DNA of 64,000 nt from contig JBGAML010000004.1 of the NCBI GenBank assembly GCA_044223005.1, positions 64,001 through 128,000 of the forward strand, written 5' to 3'. The translations under genes and the position numbers were made by a program. Below are positions 20,535 to 28,800 of the stretch, one piece after another. Each line of letters opens with the position of its first letter. The stretch's first letter is position 1. The notes beneath the pieces were generated by a model. The model saw nothing but the letters and a program-made list of their open reading frames with translations, searched no databases and was not told where the DNA came from. This DNA comes from Candidatus Eiseniibacteriota bacterium (lineage in GTDB: Bacteria > Eisenbacteria > RBG-16-71-46).

Positions 20535-21254
20535 TCAGCGCTCGCCGCGGACCTTGTAGCGGACGAGCCGGGTCTTGAGCCAGTTCACGCCGACCAGGTC
20601 GGCGAGCCCGCGCCAGAGCCGGTTGCCGACGCCGTACTTGCTCACGCCGTGCACGCGCGCGCGATGACGCAGTCGCACCTCGGCGAAGCGCGCACCGCGG
20701 AACACGCAGAGCGCGGGCAGGAACCGGTGCACGCCGACGAACATCGGCAGGTCCGCGAGCACCTCGCGCCGGTAGGCCTTGAACGAGCAGCCGATGTCGG
20801 TCACCGGATCGCCCAGCACCGCGCGACGGGTGGCGTTCGCGATCCGCGACGACACGAGCCGCACCCACGAGTCCTGTCGCTGGTCGCGGATCCCGGACAC
20901 GACGTCGGCGTTCTCGAGCGCCGCCAGCAGCCGCGGCAAGTCGGCCGGGTCGTTCTGCAGGTCGGCGTCCATCGTGACGACGATCTCGCCCCGCGCACGC
21001 ACCAGTCCCGCCGCCAGCGCCGCGCTCTGCCCCGCGTTCTTCTCCAGCACGAGCGACCGCAGTCGCGCATCCTTCGCCGCCTCACGCTCGAGCAGCTCGC
21101 GCGTGCCGTCGGTCGAACCATCGTCGACCATCACGAGCTCCCACGACCGCCCGGTCGCGTCGAGCGCGGCGCGCAGTTCGGCCAGCAGCGGCGGCAGGCT
21201 CTCGACCTCGTTGTAGGCGGGAACGACGGCGGAAATGTCCGGGCGGGTATCCAT
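20535..21254 (-). CDS. Glycosyltransferase family 2 (polyprenol-phosphate glycosyltransferase, DPM/ArnC-like)
   Basis: VVPAYNE, VDDGSTDGT, NAGQSAAL, MDADLQNDPAD, DIGCSFKAYR, HRFLP. Confidence 0.92.
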   Translation of the reverse strand: MDTRPDISAVVPAYNEVESLPPLLAELRAALDATGRSWELVMVDDGSTDGTRELLEREAAKDARLRSLVLEKNAGQSAALAAGLVRARGEIVVTMDADLQNDPADLPRLLAALENADVVSGIRDQRQDSWVRLVSSRIANATRRAVLGDPVTDIGCSFKAYRREVLADLPMFVGVHRFLPALCVFRGARFAEVRLRHRARVHGVSKYGVGNRLWRGLADLVGVNWLKTRLVRYKVRGER

Positions 21255-21635
21255 ACGGGCCGCGGAGCATGCCCGACGGCGCGCGATTGCGCCAGCGGGG
21301 CCCGCGCAACCACGAGCGTGTGAAGCGAAGCGACCGCCCAAGCCAAGCGAGCGCAGCGAGGCGAAGCGTCCCGCGCCAAGCACGCGGCTTGTCCGGGCGG
21401 TGGCCCAGGGCGCAGGCGAGTCCCGCGCACAGCCGGGGCGAGAGCGCGGGGATGGGACTCTCGGGCCGGGAAGGGAGCGACGGGTCCACGGCGAGCACGG
21501 GAGCTCGCCGGAGCCCTGGGCCACCGCCCGGGCGAGCCGAGTGCTACCGCGATACGCCGATACTCACGGGCGAACCGAGCGAGAAGCCACCCGAACCGTT
21601 GACGCCAACGCTCCGCATCGCGGAGACTGCCCGGA

Positions 21636-22319
21636 ATGCTCCGGCTCGCTGCGCTCCTCGAACGACTTTCGGAAGCCGTCCGACGCACCGGTGCCGTGCT
21701 CGCCGCGGCTGCCGAGCCCGCGCCGCGGCCCGTCCGCCGGCGCACGAGCCGCGCCACGCCCAAGCGCCGGCGCAAGCCCGCGCCGCGTGTGCTCGAGCAG
21801 CTCGCCATGGATCTCGGCCCCGAGCGGCCCCGCTGGACCTTCTCGCGGCTGATCGCCGGCTCGCCGCACCAGTCGCGCATCGTCGAGCACCTCGAGTTCG
21901 CGCGCCGGTTCTTCCCCGAGCTCGACGGGATCACGATCCACATCGGGCAGGCCAAGAAGCGCGGCGTGCTCGGCTGGGGTTCGCTCGATCCCGAGCGCCC
22001 CGGCATCTGGGTGCGGCCGCGGCAGCTCTACCTGTTCACCATCGCGCACGAGTTCACGCACCTGCTGCAGGCGCGCAACCTCGTGCCGCGCGGCGAGCGC
22101 CAGTGCGACCTGTTCGCGCTCGCGCGCACGCCGCTGCTGATCGACCACGCGCCCGGTTACCTCGCGTTGCCCATGGCGCTGCGCCGCGGGCGGCCCAACC
22201 CGCACGTCGCGCAGATGCTGTGCGATTGCGCGCGGGCGGCCATCGCCGCGCGCGAGGCCGGCGACCGCCGCTACCTGCAGCATTTCGAGCGCGAGGTCGC
22301 GGCCCGGTTCGCGCGATGA
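21636..22319 (+). CDS. Hypothetical protein with an HExxH motif (minimal zincin-like; start uncertain)
   Basis: FTIAHEFTHLLQ followed by GERQCDLFAL; basic, disordered N-terminus. Confidence 0.6.
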   Translation: MLRLAALLERLSEAVRRTGAVLAAAAEPAPRPVRRRTSRATPKRRRKPAPRVLEQLAMDLGPERPRWTFSRLIAGSPHQSRIVEHLEFARRFFPELDGITIHIGQAKKRGVLGWGSLDPERPGIWVRPRQLYLFTIAHEFTHLLQARNLVPRGERQCDLFALARTPLLIDHAPGYLALPMALRRGRPNPHVAQMLCDCARAAIAAREAGDRRYLQHFEREVAARFAR

Positions 22320-22329
22320 GGGCGCGGGC

Positions 22330-22722
22330 GTGAAGCGCATCCGCGTCGTCGCGGCCGTGGTCTGGGACGGGCCGAAGCTGCTCATGACGCAGCGGCCGCC
22401 CGGCGGGCCGATCGGGCTGCAGTGGGAGTTCCCCGGCGGCAAGATCGAGCCCGGCGAGACGCCCGAGGCCGCGCTCGTGCGCGAGATCCGCGAGGAGCTC
22501 GGTGTGGACTCGGTCGCGTACGAGACGCTGGCCACGCACGCGCACGACTACGCGCACGGCGTGCACGTGGACGTGGTCTTCATTCGGTGTACGCTCGCGT
22601 CGTTCGCGTTCGTTCCCACCGAGGCGGTGCACGCCTGGCGCTGGATCGAACCACGGCTGCTGGACGTGAGCGACGTACTGGAAGGCGACCGCGCGTTCCT
22701 GCGCGGCCTGGGCGCGCCCTGA
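22330..22722 (+). CDS. NUDIX hydrolase, MutT/NudG-like
   Basis: WEFPGGKIEPGETPEAALVREIREELG Nudix box. Confidence 0.93.
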   Translation: MKRIRVVAAVVWDGPKLLMTQRPPGGPIGLQWEFPGGKIEPGETPEAALVREIREELGVDSVAYETLATHAHDYAHGVHVDVVFIRCTLASFAFVPTEAVHAWRWIEPRLLDVSDVLEGDRAFLRGLGAP

Positions 22723-22747
22723 GCGCGGCCCGTTCGAGGAGGAGACG

Positions 22748-22900
22748 ATGCCGCTTCCGCAGATGCTCAAGTTCCTCTACCCGGGGTGGTGGCTCGTCCA
22801 CGTCGCCGCGGTGTGGATCGCGTACCGCTACGGCTACACGCGCGGCAAGGGCGACGCCCGCCGCGAACAGCGCGTGAAGGACCTCGCCGCGGGGAAGTGA
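22748..22900 (+). CDS. 50-aa single-pass membrane protein (not in ORF track)
   Basis: GAGGAGGAG RBS; MPLPQMLKFLYPGWWLVHVAAVWIAYRYGYTRGKGDARREQRVKDLAAGK; GC3-rich codons. Confidence 0.7.
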   Translation: MPLPQMLKFLYPGWWLVHVAAVWIAYRYGYTRGKGDARREQRVKDLAAGK

Positions 22901-22901
22901 C

Positions 22902-23471
22902 TCAGGCGGACGCGGCCGCGCGCACGCGTTCGCGGCCCAGCGCCGCGAGCAGCGCGCGCACGATCGTGGCGGGCTCGGGCGGGCAGCCGGGGATCCGCAC
23001 GTCGATCGGCGCGATCTCGCCGCCGCCGCGGTGCACCGCGAACGATTCCGCGCAGAAGCCGCCGTCGCACGCGCAGTCGCCGACCGCGATCAGCAGCCGC
23101 GGGCGCGGCGTCGCTTCGTCGGTGAGCCGCACGGCCTCCTCGAGGTGCCGCGTGACCGGGCCCGTCAGCAGCAGCCCGTCGGCATGGCGCGGCGAGGCGA
23201 CGAGGTCGATCCCGAAGCGCTGCACGTCGTAGAAGGGCCCGAGCAGCGCCTGCAGCTCGGTCTCGCACGCGTTGCACGAGCCGGCGTCGAGGTGGCGCAG
23301 CTTGAGCGAGCCCGCGAACAGCCGCCGCACCTCCACGCGCAGCGCCTCGCCCAGCACCTCGATCTCGCCCGCATCCGCGCGCGGCGCGGGCTCGAGGCCC
23401 GCCGGCAGCGGCGCAGCGTCCTGGCCGGCGAGCGAGCCGCGACGCAGGGCGCGCAGGATCGGGTCCCACAT
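22902..23471 (-). CDS. Group 4 hydrogenase/Ehr small subunit (NuoB/HyfI-like)
   Basis: DAGSCNACE, SPRHAD, AVGDCA, PGCPP; GAAGGAG RBS before ATG 23471. Confidence 0.92.
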   Translation of the reverse strand: MWDPILRALRRGSLAGQDAAPLPAGLEPAPRADAGEIEVLGEALRVEVRRLFAGSLKLRHLDAGSCNACETELQALLGPFYDVQRFGIDLVASPRHADGLLLTGPVTRHLEEAVRLTDEATPRPRLLIAVGDCACDGGFCAESFAVHRGGGEIAPIDVRIPGCPPEPATIVRALLAALGRERVRAAASA

Positions 23472-23554
23472 GGGCGAGCTCCTTCCGTGGACGGGGCGGA
23501 CGTGAGGTGCGTCCGCATCGTCGCGCGGCTCGCGCGCCGGCGCAAGGCCGGGGC

Positions 23555-24079
23555 TCAGTGCCGCACGTAGGCGCCCGCGAAGTGCACGATCGAGAACGCG
23601 GCCACCACCAGCTCGATCCCGAGCGCCGCGACCCACCGGCGGCGCGAACCGCGATCGGGCGTGAGCACGGCGAAGATGCCGAATGCCAGCGTCCAGAGCG
23701 GGAATCCCAGCATGTGCGCGAGCGCGAACAGGCTGCCGAGCGCGCCCGGGCCGTCGTTCGGGTACGCGCCGAACGTGAAGACCAGCGCCGCCACCAGCCC
23801 GGCCGCGGCGAACGCGACCGCCACGCCGGAGAGCGTGCGCCAGAGCGGCGCGTACGGCCGCAGGAACACGAGTGCGGCGATCGTCGGCAGCAGCGCGGTG
23901 AACCCGAACACGGCCACGGCGGCCAGCAGCTGGCCGAAGCCGTACATGCCGCTCGAAGCATCCCGCACCGCGGCGGGAATGCTCCGGTCGTACGCCCAGC
24001 CCGCCAGCAGTCCCGCGGCGAGCGCGGCGGCGTAGCCACCGGCGACGACACCCCATTTCTGCGTTCGCGTCACGGCCAC
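23555..24079 (-). CDS. Hypothetical multi-pass membrane protein inside the hydrogenase operon
   Basis: GGGAGG before GTG; about five hydrophobic segments; co-oriented between the large and small subunit genes. Confidence 0.7.
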   Translation of the reverse strand: MAVTRTQKWGVVAGGYAAALAAGLLAGWAYDRSIPAAVRDASSGMYGFGQLLAAVAVFGFTALLPTIAALVFLRPYAPLWRTLSGVAVAFAAAGLVAALVFTFGAYPNDGPGALGSLFALAHMLGFPLWTLAFGIFAVLTPDRGSRRRWVAALGIELVVAAFSIVHFAGAYVRH

Positions 24080-24109
24080 CTCCCGGGCGCCCGGGACGGG
24101 CCGCCCGAC

Positions 24110-25717
24110 CTACTTATCGGTGCACGCGTAGCAGAGGTTGAAGCTCTTGTTGATGAGCGGGAAGTCGGGGACGATGTTGCCGGGAACCGCCAGCGCCAGC
24201 GCCGGCCAGAGGGCGTGCGAGGCCGAGCGCACGCGCCATTCGCCGATCGTGCCCCGCTCGTCGGCGCGCAGCCAGTGCACGTGCAGCCCGCGGGGCGATT
24301 CGACCACGCCGCTGCCCCAGCGGCCGGGGGGCAGCTCGCCCAGGTGCTGCGCGAGCGGTCCGCCGGGCAGGCGCAGGATCATCTGGTCGACCAGGTTGAG
24401 CGACTCCTGGATCTCGTCGGCCCGCAGCTCGAAACGCGCCTGCACGTCGCCCGCGGAACGCGTCACGACCTGGAAGTCGAGATCGCGGTAGAACGCGAAC
24501 GGGTGGTCCTTGCGGCCGTCGCGCGCGATGCCGCAAGCGCGCGCGGCCACGCCGGTGACGCCGAGGTCGCGGGCCACCTCGGGCGTCAGGACGCCCGTGC
24601 CCACCATGCGGTCGAGCACCGCCGGGTTGTCGAGCGCGGCGCGCACGGCGCGCGGCACCTCGACGCGCAGTTCGCCGAGCACGCGCCGCAGCCAGAGCTG
24701 CTGCGCGTCGTCGAGGTCGCGCTGCACGCCGCCGGGTACGATCACGCCGCGCAGGAAGCGGTGGCCGAACAGCCTCCCGCACACCGCGCGCAGGGTTTCG
24801 TGCATGCGCAGGAAGTCGGCGGCGCCGGTCACCCACGCGACGTCGTTGACGATCCCCGCCATGTCGTTCAGGTGGTTCGCGATCCGTTCGAGCTCGGCCG
24901 CGAGCGAGCGGATCGCGCGGGCGCGCGGAGGCACCGTCACGCCCGCCAGCTCCTCGGCCGCGTGGCAGAACGCGAGCGCGTGCGCCAGCGCGCACGTGCC
25001 GCAGAGCCGCTCGGCGAGCTCGAGGCCGCGCGTCAGCGACGCGCCCTCGGCGAGCTTCTCGAGCCCGCGCCACGTCCAGCCGAGCCTCACGTCGAGGTTG
25101 AGCACGGCCTCGCCCACCGTGGAGAAGCGGAAATGCCCGGGCTCGATCACACCTGCGTGAATCGGGCCGACCGGGATCTCGAACACGCCCTCGCCTTCGA
25201 CGTGCGAGCAGGTGAAGCGCGGCGCCCAGTCGACGCCCTCGGGCAGCACGAAGTCCTTCCGCAACGGATGCATGCCCGCCGGCCAGCCGGCGTGCGCGAC
25301 GAGCGGACGCGGGTCGGGATGCCCGGTCGGCTCGACGCCGAGCATGTCGTGCAGCTCGCGCTCGAGCCAGTTGGCCGCGGGCACGACGGGCGAGAGCGCG
25401 CGATAGGCCGGCACGAGCTCCGGCACCGCGGCGACGAGCGTGACGATCGCGTCCTCCGGCGCCATCGAGAACATGGCGTGGATCCGGAAGCGCCCGTGCG
25501 TCTCGCGTTCGTCGAGGCCGAAGAGCGCGATCAGCATGCCGCCCCACTCGCCGGTGAGCGCGCCCGCGACGTCCGCGAGCCGGTCGGCGGGCACCACGAC
25601 GGTGCGCTCGCGCAGGCTCGTGCGGTCGGCGTCCATCACCGCGTCGGCGAAGCGCTCGCGGATGCCGCGCAGCGCACGATCGAGCGGGAACAGGTCGCCC
25701 GAGGGACCGGCGCTCAC
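24110..25717 (-). CDS. Group 4 hydrogenase/Ehr large subunit (fused NuoC-NuoD, HyfG/HycE-like)
   Basis: GTG overlapping the hyfF stop; ANWLERELHDMLG, GPIHAGVIEPGHFRF, ERLCGTCALAH, VESPRG and a C-terminal DFPLINKSFNLCYACTDK. Confidence 0.93.
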   Translation of the reverse strand: MSAGPSGDLFPLDRALRGIRERFADAVMDADRTSLRERTVVVPADRLADVAGALTGEWGGMLIALFGLDERETHGRFRIHAMFSMAPEDAIVTLVAAVPELVPAYRALSPVVPAANWLERELHDMLGVEPTGHPDPRPLVAHAGWPAGMHPLRKDFVLPEGVDWAPRFTCSHVEGEGVFEIPVGPIHAGVIEPGHFRFSTVGEAVLNLDVRLGWTWRGLEKLAEGASLTRGLELAERLCGTCALAHALAFCHAAEELAGVTVPPRARAIRSLAAELERIANHLNDMAGIVNDVAWVTGAADFLRMHETLRAVCGRLFGHRFLRGVIVPGGVQRDLDDAQQLWLRRVLGELRVEVPRAVRAALDNPAVLDRMVGTGVLTPEVARDLGVTGVAARACGIARDGRKDHPFAFYRDLDFQVVTRSAGDVQARFELRADEIQESLNLVDQMILRLPGGPLAQHLGELPPGRWGSGVVESPRGLHVHWLRADERGTIGEWRVRSASHALWPALALAVPGNIVPDFPLINKSFNLCYACTDK

Positions 25718-27180
25718 GGCAGCACCACCTTCGCGGCCTGCTCCACGAGCGCGCGCACGGGCGCGGGGAGCCAGAGGCCGAAGAGGACGAGGACGGCAAG
25801 CAGCGCCCAGAGCGGGCGGTGCGAGGTGGCCGGCATGCGGTCGTTGCAGCGCGCGCGGCGCGCGCCGAGCGCGACGCGCGTCCAGTGGAACGAGAGCCCG
25901 ACGAACACGATCGCGAACACGGCCAGCGCCGTGATGGCGGCGGCCCGCCGCGGCGAGCCGAGGCCGCCCGCGAGCGTCAGCCACTCCGACACGAACGTGC
26001 CCGACGGCGGCAGGCCGGCGAGCCCGAGCCCGGCGCCCACGAACAGGGTGCCGATCGCGGGGCTCGCGGCGAGCGTGCCGCCCCACTGGTCCATGCGCCG
26101 CGATTCGTTCGCCCGCCCGATCGTGCCGCCGGCGAGGAAGGCGAGCGCCTTGGCGAGCGACTGCATCAGCAGGTGCAGCATGCCGCCGAACACCGCGAGC
26201 GGCGTGCCGATCCCGATCGCGAGCGTGACGAAGCCCGCGTGCTCGATGCTCGAATAGGCGAGCAGGCGCTTGTACTCGCCCTGCACCAGGATGAACGGCA
26301 CGGCGACCAGCATGGACAGCACGCCGAACAGGGTGAGCAGGCCGCCCGACCACTGCGGGCCGACGCACGCGGCCGTGACGGCGTGGAAGCGCATGAGCGC
26401 GGTGAGCGTCGTCGCGAGCAGGCCCGTGGACATGAGCGCGGCCGCAGGCGCGGGGGCCTGCGTGTACGCGTCGGGCAGCCACGAGTGCACGGGCGCGAGG
26501 CCGGCCTTGGCGCCGTAGCCGACGAACGCGAACAGGAACGCGAGCTTCACGAAGCGCGGGTCGAGCCGCGGCGCGACGTCGCGCAGCGCGGTCCAGTGCA
26601 GCCCCATGCCGCTCTCGCCGAACACCGGCACCGCGGAGTAGTAGAGGAGCACCGTCGCGAACAGCGCGAGCGTGATGCCCACCGAGCAGAGCAGCAGGTA
26701 CTTCCAGCCGGCTTCCACGGCGCCGGGGCGGCGGTAGTAGCCCACGAGCAGGGCGGACGCCAGCGTGCCGCCCTCGATCGCGATCCACATCAGCCCGAGA
26801 TTGTTGGCGAGCGTCGCGAGCAGCATGCACGCGACCATGACGAGGTAGAGCGCCTCGTAACGGCCCGCCGGCCAGCGCGCGTCCGCGTGCTCGTGCGTGA
26901 CGACCATGCGCATGTAGTCGACCCCGTACGCCCCGCACGCCAGAGCGACGCCGGACACGATGCACGCCACGAGCGCCGACAGCGCGTCCGCCTGCAGCCA
27001 GCCGCCCGCCGTCTCCACCGGCCCACCGCGCACGACGCGCGCGGCCAGCGCCAGCGAGAGCGCGAAGGCCAGGGCGCAGCCTCCCACGAGCGCGCGCGTG
27101 GTCGCGCGGCCGCCGCCGCGCAGGAGCGCGACCAGCGCCGCGGCCGGGGCGACGAGCAGGAGCGGGAGGATCCAGGGCAC
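25714..27180 (-). CDS. hyfF: Antiporter-like proton-translocating subunit HyfF
   Basis: WIAIEGGT, EAGWKY, GYGAKAGLAPVHSWLPDAY, KRLLAYSSIEH, GLPP. Confidence 0.9.
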   Translation of the reverse strand: MPWILPLLLVAPAAALVALLRGGGRATTRALVGGCALAFALSLALAARVVRGGPVETAGGWLQADALSALVACIVSGVALACGAYGVDYMRMVVTHEHADARWPAGRYEALYLVMVACMLLATLANNLGLMWIAIEGGTLASALLVGYYRRPGAVEAGWKYLLLCSVGITLALFATVLLYYSAVPVFGESGMGLHWTALRDVAPRLDPRFVKLAFLFAFVGYGAKAGLAPVHSWLPDAYTQAPAPAAALMSTGLLATTLTALMRFHAVTAACVGPQWSGGLLTLFGVLSMLVAVPFILVQGEYKRLLAYSSIEHAGFVTLAIGIGTPLAVFGGMLHLLMQSLAKALAFLAGGTIGRANESRRMDQWGGTLAASPAIGTLFVGAGLGLAGLPPSGTFVSEWLTLAGGLGSPRRAAAITALAVFAIVFVGLSFHWTRVALGARRARCNDRMPATSHRPLWALLAVLVLFGLWLPAPVRALVEQAAKVVLP

Positions 27181-27187
27181 GGGCGTC

Positions 27188-27862
27188 TCAGCCTTTCAGC
27201 GTGGTGAGGCGGGTGGTGTCGGAGTCGCCGAGCGTTTCCTCGATGCGCTCCACGAAGAGACCAAACATCGCGATGCCGACGAGCAGGTCGAGCAGCACGC
27301 CCATCTCGACGACGAGCGGCATGCCGTAGGTGAGCGAGACGGCCGCGAGGAAGATGGCGTTCTCGGTGAGCACGAGGCCCACCACCTGCATGAGCGCGCG
27401 CCGGCGGCTCACCATGACGAAGAGGCCCACGAGCGTCGTGGCCACGGAGACCGGCAGGCACGACGCGAGGATGCTCACGCCCGCGCCGAAGAGCGCGCGC
27501 GTCTGGCTGAACGCGATCACCACGAGCGCGCCGCAGACGAGCATCGCGATCGGCACGCCGCCGATCGGCTCGGCCTCGGTGTCGGTGCCGCGGCGGCGGA
27601 CCTGCCGCGCGAGCAGCGCCGGGATCACGAGCGCCTTGGTGCCGAGCACGAGCAGCGCCGCCAGCGCGATGTGCTTCGCGCCGGTGGCGAACGCGACGAC
27701 GAGCGCGATCGTCCCGAGCGCGACCGAGTTCCAGCGGTACGCCGTGATCGCGGCGAGCACGCGCCGCTGCGCCGCCGCGTAGAGCGCGCTGAGCAGGAAC
27801 GCGCCGGCGAGCAGGTTGACCGTGTTGCTGCGGGGCAGCCATTCCGGGAGCTGGAGGGTCAT
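27188..27862 (-). CDS. hyfE: Hydrogenase-4 membrane subunit HyfE
   Basis: TKALVIP, ENAIFL and GMPLVVEMGVLLD motifs; ATGA overlap with hyfC. Confidence 0.88.
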   Translation of the reverse strand: MTLQLPEWLPRSNTVNLLAGAFLLSALYAAAQRRVLAAITAYRWNSVALGTIALVVAFATGAKHIALAALLVLGTKALVIPALLARQVRRRGTDTEAEPIGGVPIAMLVCGALVVIAFSQTRALFGAGVSILASCLPVSVATTLVGLFVMVSRRRALMQVVGLVLTENAIFLAAVSLTYGMPLVVEMGVLLDLLVGIAMFGLFVERIEETLGDSDTTRLTTLKG

Positions 27863-28800
27863 CGCAGGAGCGAGTCCGAGGTGAGCGCGAGCAGCGCGAG
27901 CAGGAACGCCATGCCGAGGAACTCCGGCACGCGGAAGAGGCGCATCTTGGCCGTGACCGATTCGGACACCGCCACGACGACCGCGAAGAGCAGCAGCTTG
28001 CCGAGCCACGCCGCCAGCGCGATCCCCAGCGCGGCGGGTTCGAGCGTGGTGGCGATGCCCCACGGCAGGAACAGGTTGGCCACCAGCGTGAGCAGCAGCA
28101 GCTGGCGCACGGCGGCGGCCCACTCGAGCAGCGCGAGGTGGCGGCCGGAGACGTCGAGCACGAGGCCTTCGTGGATCATGGTCAGCTCGAGGTGCGTGAC
28201 CGGGTTGTCCACGGGCACGCGGCCGGTCTCGGAGACGACGACGATCCACATGGCCGTCAGCGCGAGCAGGTGCGACGGCGAGATCCACGCGTGCGGCTGC
28301 GCGACGATCGCGCCGGAGATGCGCGCGAGGTCGGTGCTGCGGGCGGCGATCGCGAGCGTGAACACGGCGAGCATGAGCGCGGGCTCGGCCAGCGCCGAGA
28401 GCGCGAGGTGCCGGCTCGCCGCCATGCCGCCGAACGTGGTGCCGGCCTCGAGCGCGAGCAGCGCCAGCAGCACGCGCATCGCCGCGAACAGCGCCACCGT
28501 CATCACGAGGTCGCCCGCGAACCCGAGCCCGGGCTGCGTCGTGACCACCGGCGTCCACGTGCAGATCGCCAGCGCCGCGCCGAGCACCAGCGCGGGCGCC
28601 ACGCGCGCGAGCGGCGAGGCGTCCGCCGACAGCACGGTCTCCTTGCGCGCCAGCTTGAAGAGATCGCGGTAGCGCTGCAGCGGCGGCAGGCCGCGGCGCA
28701 TCTGCAGGCGCGCCTTGAGCGCGCCGACGATGCCGTTCCAGAGCGGCGCCAGCGCGACGATCAGCACCACCTGCCCGAGCACCACCAGCGCGGTCACCAT
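27859..28800 (-). CDS. hyfC: NuoH-like membrane subunit HyfC/HycD
   Basis: KARLQMRRG, QRYRDLFKL, ETGRVPVDNPVTHLELTMIHE, AKMRLFRVP. Confidence 0.9.
   Translation of the reverse strand: MVTALVVLGQVVLIVALAPLWNGIVGALKARLQMRRGLPPLQRYRDLFKLARKETVLSADASPLARVAPALVLGAALAICTWTPVVTTQPGLGFAGDLVMTVALFAAMRVLLALLALEAGTTFGGMAASRHLALSALAEPALMLAVFTLAIAARSTDLARISGAIVAQPHAWISPSHLLALTAMWIVVVSETGRVPVDNPVTHLELTMIHEGLVLDVSGRHLALLEWAAAVRQLLLLTLVANLFLPWGIATTLEPAALGIALAAWLGKLLLFAVVVAVSESVTAKMRLFRVPEFLGMAFLLALLALTSDSLLR

Noticed and set aside
21300..21560. GCGAAGCG/GCGAGC-rich palindromic tract between GT2 and the HExxH gene
   Set aside because: No second copy seen in the window and no defined unit; cannot be distinguished from GC-rich intergenic noise.
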